DNA of 64,000 nt, taken from NCBI GenBank assembly GCA_051294905.1, contig CM119371.1:37946001-38010000 (forward strand). The letters are read 5' to 3'. The notes below the pieces were generated by a model that saw only the letters and a program-made list of their open reading frames with translations, was not told where the DNA came from and did not search any database. The translations under genes and the position numbers were made by a program. Below, piece by piece: positions 1 to 35,900 of the stretch. Origin of the DNA: Botryllus schlosseri. Taxonomy: Eukaryota. Every line of letters begins with the position of its first letter. Positions within the stretch are counted from its first letter, which is position 1.

Positions 1-190
1 TCAATGTACTATTTTTAGCTGGTTGGCGAACTCCTTTTGTTGGCACATTCCCGGTTGTCGTATTTTGATAAAATTTGACTCCGAGGCGCACAAACGAAAG
101 TGCAACGTGAACAACGTGAAATATGTTGTCTCGATAATTGTTCGCACAAACAGAATTATCCGACAAACGTTTGCCAATGAAGCATAGAAA
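1..190 (-). mobile_element. Penelope-like element fragment (GIY-YIG C-terminus)
   Basis: The translation ends ..LCASESNFIKIRQPGMCQQKEFANQLKIVH*, the same as the copies at about 12400-12540 and 17700-17868. Confidence 0.7.
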
Positions 191-438
191 ATTTGACAGA
201 GAGAAAGAGAGAGAGAGTCTATACTTTTTATCCAACCAAAATACAAAACAAACAGACAGGCAACAATGATGAAATAGAAAACAGGCAGCAATCCTGGAGG
301 TCAACTAGTCTGACCACACCCGCGTCCAATAAGCATATTGTCTCTATCAATCTGGATGTATCGAATTGGAGAAAAAGTGGATTAGAATTAAATAAACTGC
401 ATTTTACAATAGATAGTTTAACTGGACAACTAGAATTA

Positions 439-21863
<21,425 letters not shown>

Positions 21864-22759
21864 TTTGAAGTCTGGTGAAGATATTATGGTCAAGAAATGT
21901 AGAGGTAAGTCTGCAAATCGAAAGTGTTATAATTGAGTTCAAGGTTTTCCATCTTTAGTACTAGAACAAGAGAAAGGAACATAATTATGCAACATTCCTG
22001 TTCCGATATTGTACCTGAAGAATAGAAATGTATCTAGCTTTATTATTTAGGTAGAATTTCACGACTATGGAGGTAAAACTATATAAAATTGGACAAACTA
22101 CCTATCTAGTTAGTTAACAACCAGCTATATACTGTTTTTAGTAGTTCTAGATCTAGTTGAGCATTTAAACAGAAATTTGTTGCCCAACAACTAGAAAACA
22201 TGTGTCATTGTTTGACGCGACTCGTGATGCAAATGATGATGTTCTGTTGTGTAATGTTTTTGCCGTCATTTCCAGCTCAGAGTCATCGCTACTAACAGTG
22301 GCATAGCCAGGGGACCCCTAAAAACCCTCCCATTTCAAATTGAAACTTCGTCCTTCTAAAACGCCGATTCTATATCAAATATCTCTTGACCTAGCTAATT
22401 TGAAATTTAGTAATTGATATGTAGTTGTTTCATAATTAAATCTAGTTAATTGCATTTTAGTTGGTTCTAGTTCTAGTTCCAACATTTTAAAAGTGAGTAA
22501 TTCTAGTCTTAGTTCTAGTTGCAAGCTGTCGAAATACAGCAGTTTGCACAAGTCTGATCAAAACTGCTGCTATATAGGAAAAATTGGAACTAACGCAAAA
22601 ATTCATCACTTTTTCAGCTACCAATCTCAAGTGTAACTCGTCCGAATGACGACATTAGGCAGTCTAAAATATTCAGTGATGATAACTGATGTTATTTACC
22701 ACATTCGAAAATACGGATAATGCGTAGGCGCAATGCCCAGAAAAGATTTGTTATTTGTT

Positions 22760-23270
22760 GCCAAGTTTATGTATCAGTTCCACTGCCGCCACTGCCCCGA
22801 AAACTTTAGTGACTTCTTTACCTCGGTATCAAAAGTGCATAAGTACGACACACGCGCGTCTACGTCGTCCAACTACCATATGGTAGACAAGAAAGATCAT
22901 CTCTTATCAAATATGGCGGGCCTGATTTGTGGAACAGTATCTCGTCAGCTATCTAATCATCGAGCATGTCCATATTCAAGTCGAAATACAGACAATTTCT
23001 ACTGAATCAATACTATAGTTAATCCTCTAATCTACGGACCACGACCTGACATATCGATCTCGCCTTCTGACACATGTCACCTTTTTTGGTCACCTGTCCT
23101 TTTCTATTATATTCTTTTACTTTTCGTTCAGTGTGCATGCCTCCTTTTTTACACCGCCTAGGCCAGGTGGGTGTCTGATTTCGAAGACTATTCCAAGTCG
23201 TTTCAACACATTCCTATTTTTCATTGTATCGCAGTCTTGTTGAATATTGAAATGATGAAATTGTTAGCAA
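22760..23270 (+). mobile_element. CR1/L2-type LINE 3' end (same family as 24442-24990)
   Basis: AKFMYQFHCRHCPENFSDFFTSVSKVHKYDTRAST.. plus the shared 3'UTR. Confidence 0.82.
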
Positions 23271-24441
23271 AAAATTGAATTGAATTAATCCCGATGATAG
23301 GAGAATTTATAGTTCTCAAGAACTTCCTTCCAAGAACACCTTCTATCTAATCATTGCATGGAAATCTTGTGGTGTTTTGATCACACGAAATTATTAACAT
23401 TATTAACTGATACTGATGGACAATCTATGAGAAATAGATTATCAAATTATCGAAAAGAATCAATTTGAAATCTATAGGCATCTACATACCGACACTCAAC
23501 CTGTCCAATTATGTATATGAAAAGCTATCTTGACATTAATGCGCTATCGGCTATATAGGCAAACACAGTTTATTTGGATTGGTTCACGTATAAATCAGTC
23601 TGCGCTGCTAATACGTTGAGTACAAAATGATGACTAGTTCAGAGGCTATAATATATGCACACAATCGCTAAGTAGCACATCGGCATACAGCACATAATGA
23701 CAAGACAGCTATTGTTTGCAGCATGTACACATTCTCCCTCATATATATCTATAAATCTGAGTATGTGAAACTTTTCTCGGCGCTAGAACACTACCATGCG
23801 ACCACGAGCGAGTACTGCGAAAGCGAATGCAGCGTGCCCAGCAACCGCTACGAATCGACAGGCAGTGACGTCATACTTTGTTTACATACTGTTTACTCAT
23901 CTCTCATCAGAAAATATTAATGTGGGAATTACACAGACGTCGGTAGATCTTACCAGACACCGCATAGTTACCTGACCAATTAATTTTTATCAAGCATGCG
24001 ATACCTGCGTTTCGCATATCGTTTCAAAGCTGACCTGTCCTGACCATCCATCTTTTCATTTGCTCCATATCGTCACCTAACGAGATAATATTAATCACTA
24101 AGGGCAAGTTTTTTGCAACTTCTGCAACTTTTTACAGCTTCCGGCGGTTTCCTAAATACTCAGAATTTATGTCGTATTAAGTTGATAACTGTTTTGGGGT
24201 ATTTTATGTTGCAACTTCTTTCAGTTTTTTCATATTTTACTTGCAAATTTTATCAAGTATTACGCAAAATGTGAAGTAGTGATTTAAAAAACATGCTCTA
24301 AAACTATTTCTAAAATGGTTCTATTCTTTTTGATTCGAAAAAAGCTATGTGCTGAAATAACTGCACCTCACTGTTATCTATGACGCAAAAGTTGGCTTGC
24401 AAGCTAGAAGTTCAACAACCCCAGCCTAACAAGCACGACAG

Positions 24442-24990
24442 TATCATCATCATCATCATCATTGGTTTATTAGCAATTTTATCAGTTCAATACACCACAA
24501 AAATGCGATACAATGAAAAGACAGGAAGATGTCGAAGCGACAAGGAGTAGTCTATGGAATCTGACACCCACCTTGGCCTAGGCGATGTAAAGAGGAGGCA
24601 TGCTGCACACTGAATGAAAGTAAAGAAGATAGTATAGAAGAAGAATGCGACAAGAAATAGGGCGGCATGTCATGGGAAGCGAGATCGATAGGTCAGTCGT
24701 GGTCCGGTAATCTTGAGGATGGACTGTATTTATTTAGTAGTAATTGCTTGTATTTCGACTTGAATGTGGACATGCTCGTCGACTGTCGGATGGCCGGCGG
24801 GATACTGTTCCACACATCAGGTCCGGCATATTTGATGGAGCGATGATCTTTTCGGTCGATCATATGATATTTGGACGACGTGGACGCGCGTGTGTTGTAC
24901 TTGTGCGCTTTTGATTCAGAGGTAAAGAAGTCATTGAAATATTCGGGGCAACGACCGCAGTGAAACTGATACATAAACTTGGCGATTTCT
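24442..24990 (-). mobile_element. CR1/L2-type LINE 3' end with (GAT)n tail (second family)
   Basis: ORF2-like C-terminus AKFMYQF..HKYNTR..SIKYAGPDVWNSIP..FKSKYKQLLL, then a 3'UTR and (gat)n. Other copies lie at about 6945-7775, 22760-23270, 25362-25712, 27120-27375 and 43290-43555. Confidence 0.85.
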
Positions 24991-25987
24991 AGTACCCGAA
25001 CGAAATTAGAAGTGAAAGCATACGACTTGGATTTTAGCCAAGCCCGCACAAGCGGCAGTGGGTTGCTTCTCTAGTCTTTCAAGTTCAAGTTTTGTTGGAA
25101 TAGGTTTGTTAGTCAATCTGTGTGTTCATAATATTGCGGAGCATGGACCGGAGCCGAATTGAATATCCGGCCGGATTTTTTTCAATTTCGGCCGGAGCCG
25201 GATCAGTACTTTTTCTGATATGGCCGGAGCCGGATCAGTAATTTTTTGATCCGGCTAGAATCTACAGTGAATGGCATGACTTTTCTAACTACCAACCAAC
25301 CAACCACACGCAAGTAACCGCCAACGGGCGCCAAGCCAGTGCGAATATAAACGAGCCATATATCATCATCATCATCATCATTGGTTTATTAGCTACTTTA
25401 TCAGTTCAATACACCACAAATACACACAAATGCGATACAATGAATAGACAGGAAGATGTCGAAGCGACTTGGATTTGTCTATGGAATCAGACACCCACCT
25501 TGGCTTGGGCGATGTAAAGATGAGGCATGCACACTGCACAGTTGCACACTGAATGAAAGTAAAGAAGACAGTATAGAAAAAGAAAGCGACAAGAATAGGG
25601 CGGCATGTCATGGGAAGCGAGATCGATAGGTCAGTCGTGGTTGGGTTATCTTGAGGATGGACTGTATTTATTTAATAGTAATTGCTTGTATTTCGACTTG
25701 AATGTGGATATGCATATATTTACTAATTCACGGAACCACCGCACTGTGCAGGGCGGAGCATGGACCGGAGCCGGCTTGGATATCCGGCCGGACTTTTCAT
25801 GTTTAGCCGGAGCCGGATCAATACTTTTCCTGATACGGCCGGAGCCGGACCAGAGAATTCAAAAACAGGATCGGAGTCGGATCAGAGAATTTGTCGATCC
25901 GCTCCGCACTAGTTCATAAAAGCACATTCGGTATTTTTCAAGTATGAAGCGAAAACTTTGATATCTGTTAAGATGACAATCTAAAGC

Positions 25988-27495
25988 AGGGATGTCCAAT
26001 CTGTGGCCCGTCTGAGATTTTTGTGTGGCTCGCTAGTCATTTCCACGAGCCGCTGCATAACGTTACATTATTGCTGCACAGTGCACAATAAAAATGAGGA
26101 ATCAAAATCTTCAAAGCAAATGGACTCGTTTTAGCTATACAATTTCTAGTTACACGATTAAAATAGAGTAATGGTGGGGCGTTGGATATCCTGCTCTCGT
26201 TCATATCTTATCGAAAGCGCGGATTTCCACGACACTACCACCCATTTGATGTTACCTCTGACATGCAACTACAGACGTGCCATTAAATGGATTCACCTTA
26301 AACATTTTAACATTAATTCTCTGTTGTTATTAAGAAAGCCTACACTTGATATTTCCACAAGACACCGAAGACAGGTGACGGCTGCGTGATATTTGAGATA
26401 AATTTGAACAAAAACTTGCGGGTATTCGCAGGGATCCTTGGCGAATCAAAAGGGGCCGCAAAGACAAAACGGCTGAGAACTACTACACCAGACAAATCTC
26501 CTGTAGCACTTTTAGGAAAATCGAAATTTATATCACTTGTCACCAACAAGCGCGGCCCCCGTGATCTGATTAAAGATTTCAGAAAAAAGATTAATAAAGC
26601 ACTTTGAAGTGCCTAAATTCATTTCACTTAGAATTAATTCTCGTTGTTTTTCAGAATAAGCAAATCTTCTGTGCCCGACATCACTAGGCTATTCCTCTCT
26701 TACTTGGTACGGCTTCAGCGATAGTAATAGCATTCCATGGTGAAAAAATTAGCTAATATGAATGGACAGGGTAGGCCTATATCGCCTTGGCGTACAAGCA
26801 GGAATGGTCAAGACACTGCCAGAAGCGAGACGCTTGGAAAACCACTCGAAACTTCCCCACATGATCAACCTTTACGACGAGATAGTTTTCCGGCAAGTAC
26901 CGTGTCTAGCTAACCCCAACAACGATTATTTAGTCGCTGAAAAGTGTTGTCAGGTTTCTCATGCGCCGCTCAAAGTTCAAACTAGAATGAAAATGATGAT
27001 CATGATAGTTTATTGTAGTCTATTTGTATTTTCTTATTAAAATTTTATGTCTTTTGTGGTAACTATGCCCGTTGCCCATGTCAGAGAGCACAACGTTGTA
27101 CTGACGAATACTAGCCAGCTTTCAGGATTACCGGACCACGACCTAACATCGATCTCGCCTTCCGTCACATACCACCTCATTTGGTCGCTTGCCTTTTGCA
27201 TTCTCTGCTTTGCTTTTCATTCAGTGTGCAACTGTGCATGCCTCTTTTTCACTTCGCCTAGGCCAAGGTCTGTGTCTGAGTCCAAGTCGTTTCGACACCT
27301 TCCTATCTTTTCTTTGCATCGCAGTTTTGTGGTGTTTTGAAATGATGAAAATATTAATAAAACTGATTGATTGATTGACGTAAAGTTTTAAAAACGTGAC
27401 TGTTAAGTTGTGTCGCGATGTTAACTTCATGCGGCCCGCGGCCTTCGAGCAATTCGAAAAGTGACCCGCGACCCGTTTTGAGTTAGCGACTCCTG
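25988..27495. mobile_element. Decayed Buster/Charlie-like hAT element containing a LINE tail (about 27120-27375)
   Basis: Ends cagggatgtccaa.. and ..gcgactcctg with ggccc/gcggcccgc subterminal motifs. The plus frame at about 26910-26962 reads PNNDYLVAEKCCQVSH, resembling a Buster-type transposase C-terminus. No clean TSD. Confidence 0.45.
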
Positions 27496-28372
27496 GATTA
27501 GAGTTTAAATAAGCGCATAGAAATGTTGGCGGTCTCTTGAGTTAACTGAACTGAGCCCTCCTATAGGTCTGATAGCGACACTTTTTTGTCTTCCATCTCA
27601 CGTCAAACTCCTCCGGAAACGCTGCGGCGCTTTGTGATATCTCATACGTCGTCTTCGAGCTCCGAAAAGCTATCGTTGCTTCCGAACAAAAACGCGTCTC
27701 CGTTTCCCGAACCTGCAGGACCTTTTTCCTGGTCGTAGTCATTTCGGTCATTGACCCACTCAAATGCTTTCCGTCATCGTAAACTATCACAGTCTTCAAT
27801 CTCACACCTTGTTGCACCAGTGACCTGACGTCGTGATAGCGTAATCTTTAATACCTTGCTATATTTCTGACATAATATTGAACAGTATTACAGTAAAAGC
27901 CGTCACGGCACGTGCATGAAATAATGAATGCTGTGCATTTTTCTAATATGTCCATAATAAAAATATGTTAAAACCCGAAGCTTTGAGCTGACACGGGGGT
28001 AATTGTTGACAAATTGGGGATTTTTATAACTTGAGTGAAACTACATGCATATAAAACCAGCAGCTGAGTCATAAAAGCAAATACAATTTAAGATGAAGGC
28101 GATCCGACAGCACAGATAGTGGTCGATTTTTAGCTTGGATTTTAATAGAGTTGAATGTGACATGTAGAAGAGTGTACCCAATATGAAAATCTGTCGTCAG
28201 TAGGGTTGCATTTGAAACAAATGGCTGTTTGAAACACATATGTTTCAAACAGTGTTATAAACAAAGGCCTTTTAAAAAAATTGTTTTTTTTTTCAAGTTG
28301 TAAAATCATGCCATAATTGTGTAAAGATCTACGTACTATAGCTGTTGAACCGACTATTTTAGGGGTTCCAAC

Positions 28373-29354
28373 TAGGGATGGTGTGAACCTCTGAAAGGTT
28401 CAGGTTCGTGTGAACGTGAACCTTTTTGAAAGGTTCTGTGTGAACGCGAACGTGAACCTCATGACGTCACGTGACGTCGTATCGCTGATTCCAACCCTAC
28501 ATTTCAGTGAAGCGATAACCTATATTAATGCACAGTTGCACACGATACCTAGCGACGACTTGGGCCACATAATGCCACAATGCTGAAGTGCATATTGACG
28601 TTTTAAACGTAGCCAAATGTATCAACTGAGGCAATGAAATGATGTAATAATTCCATAAACTCAATATCTTTCGTCGCTTTGCCGACAATTTCAACGAGAA
28701 CTTGCAAGGAATATACGCTTACGCCTTAACGGTCTAGGCCAGGCGGGCAATGCATTCGGCGTCTGAGTATTGCTACGTTGATATTGGGCAGAGTGTGCAA
28801 CGGGTTTCAATACTACCGATATTACCCCAGCAACAAGTTTTACAGCAGTAGCCAACACTGCAATCGCACTGATTTGGTTTTTATGATACAATAAACATAT
28901 GAAATCAAGATTGACCTCGCATGCGTACTAGATTTTTTACATCAGACAACGATATCAACTTCATTGATTGGTTGAATAAGCATCATTCGCTGACTACCTA
29001 CATGTAGTGTATTTCGCTCTTGATGTTGTGTGATTGCGGGTCCAGCTCACAGCAGAGAGTCACTATAAATATTCGAGCAAACTTTTGTAACAGAGCAAGT
29101 AATATTTTTGAGATTGGCAATAGGTTCATGCTCGTTCACTATTGATTTTTTAAGCTGCCGGCGCCATGCATAGTGGCCCGCACTTGAAATGCAATAACTT
29201 TTAACCAAACATGTTGTAATGAAGTGAAAATTGTAAATATGAAAAAGGTTCACAGTGCAGAACCTACCAAGGTTCGTTTGCGAACGTGAACCTCTAAATT
29301 TCTAAGGTTCACACGCAGAACGCGAACGTGAACCTCACGTTCACACCATCCCTA
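28373..29354. mobile_element. hAT MITE D (TIR tagggatgg; gtgaac-rich), nested in a tagggttgca-family element starting at 28201
   Basis: Perfect TSD gttccaac; sister copy at 38038-39023. Confidence 0.88.
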
Positions 29355-29974
29355 GTTCCAACCATTCCACATCGTATATATCGGTTATATCTGGTGGTAA
29401 TTACCCGTAGGCTAATAAAACATGATTTTTTGGGAAGTATTTTCACAATTATGACATGACTTTACAACTTGAAAAAAAAACAATTTTGTTTTTATTAAAA
29501 AGGCCTTTGTTTAAAACAGTCTTTAAAACATGTTTTAAACAAAGTGTTTTAAACAATTATTCGTTCGAGAAAGAGGTCACTTTTCAAAAATTTTGAAAGC
29601 TATAATACCGGACGAGACGACGGGTGATTTGGAAATTTTTTCGAGTAATAGTTTTGGGTGACTAAAAAAATAACATTTTTTATGATGTCGCTGGGGAAAT
29701 AATACCTGTCAGGGCGTATTTTTCGTTTATTCTTTAGCCAACCCTGGCCTTCAATACGTCCGAGTCAAATTTTTCCAGGTATTTTAACACGGTTTCTAGA
29801 AAAAGAGGACAAATTCTAGAAAGGGGGACATTTGGGCGTCCTCCGAGGACAGTTTCGATTTCTTGAAAGGTGAGAAATCGACTCGATATTACCGGCGGGT
29901 CGGGATCTAATTAGGATTGTGACGAATAGAACACCCGTGGTATTCATTTCGCGGGAAGGTCATACGTTTCCCAG

Positions 29975-32900
29975 TTACATTTTCCGGGCAGGGCACCAAT
30001 CGGTGTCCGGATATCTCCAGCAATGATAGGACATGAGCCTGCTCGGGTCTTCTCTCACAGAAAAGCGCGCGAATTGTTCTGGGATTTGGATCACATTTTT
30101 TCTTCTCCTTCTCGTCTTGTTGCTGTAGCTTAAGATCGCCTGCAAGAGGAAATGGCGTCATTCACTTTTCCGAGCATTTGTCTGCTATAGTATACTTTCA
30201 GCAGTTATCGGGGGTGGCTAATTTCTAGAATGCACATGGATCTTGGCGACATAACGGGAAAATGACTGTAATGACTAGGATGAGATTTTGCAACTTCCTT
30301 TTACAGCTTCCGGCAGCTTCCTAAATACTCATAATTTGTGTAGTAGGCTATGATGTTTTAAGCTGTTTGTGGGAATTTCATATTGAAACATTTTTTCTAT
30401 TTTACTGCAACTTTTATAAAGTATTACGTAAAATGTAAAGGAGTAGTTGAAAGCATGCTATAAAATGATTTCTAGTTTAGTTATATTCTATTTGATTTGC
30501 ATGACAACGAGCTATGTCATGGATTAGCTCAGAGGTCTCAAACACGCGACCCGCCAGAGTATTTTGTGCGGCCCGCGACGACATTTTAGATTTTTATTAA
30601 TTTTACCAATTATAAGTGTCACATATATCTTTTCAGGTTATAAAGTGAAAATTCCGTCTTAAATTGCTCCGAAAGCCTTAAACTATTCATCAAACATCAC
30701 TATCACATCAATTGCAAACGCTACCATGCAGAGGAACATTCACTATTTCGCTAATTTCCAATTCATGATGTCAAAACCGGACCCTTAGACGATTCTAGAC
30801 TGAAATTTGTGAGTTGGACTTGGACGCGACCTTACCTAAAATTACTCAGACTCGGGCTAACTCGATGGCAAAATGAAAATGACTCGAGTGGACTCGAAGT
30901 GACTCGGAATGCCGTAAATTTGTTAGAACCATGGACGCAACAAACTCATCGCGTATCAGGGGAATAGTAATAGATCAGAAGGTCGCAGCTTGGTATTTCG
31001 CTAACTAAGCAAGTATAGTTATGGCAACCATTGGCAATCTGTTAGTTACATCTTTGGTGGCTAAACCAGTTACATATTTGGTGGCTAAACCATGTTATTA
31101 AGACCACTTAAAGGTATCGAGTACCGTAGTGGTACGTTCCAACGGTGTAACAGCAATGGGCCGTTCGGCGTTCCGACATTTCAATCACTTGGACACATTC
31201 ATTAATATAGATATATTATAATTTTTTTCTGCTCCTATATTTGAAGATATTTGGCCATGAGATTAATAGCCTACTTGGCAGAAGTATACACGAATCCTGG
31301 ATTGGAATTACAATGCTCAACTTAAAAATGTTTTGATATCAGATCAGTCTCTATTATCAGTCTGTTGGATTCAAAATATTCATAGTAGCTGAAAATTATA
31401 ACCTGATAGCTTTTATGATGGCATCATACATTTGTCCGCCCATATGGTGTCTATATCTTAAAGTTAATATATATCAAGTACAACAACAATTCTATTCAAA
31501 TAGTTATAAATGTGATGATTCTTTTCGTGCCAGGCCTAAATTGATACAAACGTAGATCACATTTTGACGATGTGTGTTTACTGTCAGTCTGCTGGATCGG
31601 CTCGCTTTCAATAAGAAAATACATTCCCGCCAAATAAGGCAATATGGCTTGAAACCTATAGAAGTTCAACAGATTGCTTGATTAAGTAATTCACTGTCGG
31701 GATCATTTCCCATTTCACGGACGCCCAAGCAAGACCGCCGAAAATCACATTTTCACAGGGTCACTCTTTTTCAGGCTAATGATTTAGTTTAAGTCGTCAA
31801 CACTGAGTTTTGCTGCAATGCCTTGGATCAAGTTTGCAATTTTCGGTGGTCTCGTCAGACCGTCCGTGAAATGGGAAAGTATCAAATTTGACAGTGCTGC
31901 AGGAGCTGGCTGCGAGATGCTGACATGTAGGTTTCAAACCTGAAGATAGTCAAAGTGTATGCATGATCGATATCGACCTAATAGCGAAGAAGGAAACGAA
32001 ACAAGCAAATAGTCCTACCCTGCAAATCTTAAACTGTTGGGCTATACATAATTATAAATGCTGCAAAAACTTGATCTATTTATCATACAAATATATAGAA
32101 ACGTTGAAGATATATTCATCATAGGCGCCGAGTTACGGGGTGGCGGGGTGGCGCAGCCACCCCATACAAAATGCTTAAACGTCCGCCGTCTGTGCTGTCA
32201 ATTAGCGAGTCTGTGACTATCGCGTAAATGCCAACTATTTACTATTAACCGATACGCGCGCGAATAATTGAATACGCAGCTTAAACTAGTGCTTAAAACG
32301 CCCCAATAAATTGTAATCCGTGATTAGTAATCATACAATCGAAGCTACCTCGTTTACGACGTCGATTTCGACACGCGTGCTCTGAGAAACACTATAGTAG
32401 TATAGCTATAGCTCTCTCTACTGGACCAGCGAATTCACGTTCTACTTCTCTCAATTAAATTGTCTTTGCGCGCATAGTCGTTTACAAAATAATTCTTGAC
32501 TTAGTTTCGTGATAGTCTTGATAGCCTGCTAATTGAAAGTCATTCCTGCGCAAAGTGCGCATATTCAATTGCTAACAGTTGTCGCGATGTCAGACTCGGA
32601 ACCCCATTGAGGAATTACTGATTAGATACACGCTTTCTCGTTTGCTATCATCTCTAGGCTACTAATTCTTGTCTGCTTTATACACTCGTATTCCCTCGAA
32701 GACACTTATCAGTGTTTGATTTGTTATTCTTATTGCGCATTGTGCAGTCCATGGCGTTGAATTATGCTGTCAAATATTGATGCAACAAGAGATCCTCGGT
32801 GGCGGAAATTCTGAATTTATTCGATTATAGTTTGAGCGGGAACCTTCTATGTTCGAACCAACTTCGCTGGACGGACTCTATCGGGCGCAACCATGTCGCG

Positions 32901-35900
32901 GATCGAATTTCAAACCATCGGGATTTGTATTTCTAATGATAAGGTTGCGGCATGCGCCCATATTGCTCTTGCTGCAATAACACCTGGATAATTAAAATCG
33001 CACCATTTCACGATCAAATTCGACTGGCTGATCGGGACCTACGTATGCCGTAGGCCCCTGGCTAATATTAACCAGCGCGTTGTCGGTATTAAAACCCTAG
33101 GTGCGTAGCCAGTGAGTTTCTCATTTATAACTAGAAACCCAGTGCTTTTGAAATGCCAATTCAATAATTCGTATTATCGATGCTGCGTACTGCAAATTAG
33201 CGAGAATCATGTGTATGCGAAATGGGTCATCGATATCTCATGTGCACTATCGACGGTGGTTTGATTTAGCGCGTCCGCATGCAGGCCTACTACCGTCCGC
33301 AGAAACACTTTCGCCAAACAGTAACAATCTCTGAGTGTAATATTGTTTGTGTTTATGTATCTTTTTGATTAAAACTTATGCACGCGTCTGAACAAACTGT
33401 GCTCGTTGCCATTGCCAAATCTGGGTATTTAGGTATGACTAGCGCACCATGCACTTGTAATTATTGCAGGTTTGCGGCATGTCTGCAATTTCGTTATCAG
33501 CGCAACCTTGCCGGTCGATTGTACAGTCCGATAAAATTGATCACTACTATGTATTTTGCGCAGTGAACTGATGCTGATTTCAGCAAACTAACGATCCTTA
33601 TTAGATATACAAATTCGACCTCGTCGTTAGAAACGTAGATTTCATCGCGCGCTCTTGAGAAACACCATCTCATATCGCGATTTGACGACTAATTATCCGT
33701 TCACCTTCTACAAATTAAGGTGCATTATTTGCATCGATGAGGGTCGCAAGCCGCGTTTAAAATATTTAGTGCACCATTTTTGTGATAAATATTCTCGGAG
33801 AGCAAGTTGAACAGTGTTTTATTGTGTGTGCCTGCTAGTTGGAATTTATTCTAGTGCCCATAATATTAATCCAATTATGCGTTGCGAACGTAAATCGGGA
33901 AATGCAGCAATGCAGTCAAAATCGATGTTTCAATCAGCAACCAATTGTCGCGATGTATGAGCTACTCAATACTAAGTAAAAACCCATTGCGTTGGCGGTA
34001 AGGGATAATTACTGATTGGCTGCGCGCGTTTGTAATCATCATTCTTGCCTGTCTTTCGTGTCCCAGAATTGTCGCGCCATGTTACTGCTCAGTCAAGCGA
34101 CGAATGCCAAGCACGCAGCAATCAATGACCTAATTTCGCAATCATCTCAGCAGGAGATCACGTCGCGTTACATTGTGCGATGCGGTATGCGTGCACAGAC
34201 AAATCTCGTTAATTGGCCCTCGTAACACTGATAACACGACTTGTTGAATTACAACTGAATATTAGCGTCAGAATGGTCATTTCAAAAGGACGGGGGTTTT
34301 GCGTTTTAAAAGGAGGGGGTTTCGACACCCCCCTGACTACGCGCCTGCCGCCACCCCATGCAAAAATAAAAGTCGGCGCCTATGTATTCAGTCACCACGA
34401 TACAGGCGATATTTTGGTCTTGATGATTTCATTCCCAAAATTGCTTCCAGTAGCCTACATCGCCAATATATTTTATACTTCACAAAATCGAAATTATAGG
34501 AAATGCGTACTTTTGAGTCAATAACCGTAAGAAGAAATGGAAGTATAGTCTCAAATAGGGTTGCATTTAAAACAAACGGTGTTTTAAAGCACTATGTTTA
34601 AAACAGTGTTTTAAACAGCGGCCTTTAAAAAAATGTGTATTTTATAACTTGTAAAATTATGCCGTAATTGTGTAAATGCTTTCCGAAAAACATGTTGTGT
34701 GAGCCTGCGGACGAATACCTCCCTATATAGCCGACGTATATCGATATGGGATGGTTGGAACCCTCAAAATAGTAGGTGCAACAGCAATAGTACAGATATT
34801 TCGTAAAAGGAGCTATATTTACCCCATATTATCATTGACAGTCCACCATGACGTCACAATTGAATATTCATGACGTCATGGCTAAAAAAACATGATTCAA
34901 TCATGTTTGTTTTAAATTTATTTTTGTTTCAAATGCAACCCTAGTCTCAAAACAAAACATGTAAGCTAAACAAATTGTTGACTACATTTGCATCAATGGC
35001 CGTTCTGCGTCACGGACATTTTGAAGTTACTTGAAAACTTTTTCCGGCCGCTCGTACTCAAATATGGTTAAAGTAGCCAGCATTGCTACCCGAGAAGAAG
35101 TGGAACTAATGACGTGAATTACTAAACGATTTCCAGTAGAATTAGCAATCTCAGAGACATGTTAAGAGTGCAAGCGTAAATGTAAGAAAGTTGTCGGAAA
35201 ACGCGACCATACGAGTAAGCAATGAAAGCAGACCAAAGCCGTTCGAGTAGTGTGAACCAGTCGAAGTTCTTGATCCCTCCTACTTGAGTGGACATGAACG
35301 GCTATTACCATCGATTGATTTCGCTGACCTGCGATAGAAGGGTGTCCGTGGGAAGTTCTGGCAATAACTGTTGATGAGAATTGAATTCCTCGCGAGTCGT
35401 AATATTCATCTTCACCCGATTCGTGACGATAAACCCGAACGTGACGTCATCGGGCTGTCCGAGCGCTCTGCAGGTTTCCGTGAACTTGCCCGCCCTGCGG
35501 AAGTATTTTGGGTGGATAATTTTAGTCGAATGTGCTAAGCAGACTTGTACACATACTACCAATCTAGCCAGTTGACCGTAAACTATTTACTGTTTTTTAG
35601 TAGTTAAAATTGTCGTCGAGGATCCTGAAAAGTCATTAGTTGTAGATCTAGTTCTAGTTGTGGAATAATAAAAGGGAGTGGTTCTATTTCTATTTCTAGT
35701 TGTGTAATTTTGAAAAGGGAGAAGTTCTGATTATAGTTATAGTTGCAGATTTTGAAATGAGCGTATTTCTAGCTCTAGTTCTAGTTGCGGATTTTGAAAA
35801 GTGAGAATGGCTGATTTTAAAATGGTAGTGGGAGTAGTTCCAGTTCTAGTTCCGGATTTTGAAAAGTGAGGCTGATTTTGAAACTTGAGTAGTTCTTGTT

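Noticed and set aside
23690..23900. Villin promoter (TATA-like run, TGACGTCA at about 23866)
   Set aside because: Short motifs are expected by chance and there is no transcript evidence to anchor a start site.
29907..30161. ORF-track protein [11 protein letters not shown]..
   Set aside because: Wrong frame of the real Fringe last exon.
31882..34454. Candidate Fringe terminal exons 34396-34454 and 31882-31939 with compatible phases
   Set aside because: Exon 29975-30139 gives the conserved Fringe C-terminus (LSY..DPSR..HC..YPDT.WCP) in the right phase; these candidates lack it.
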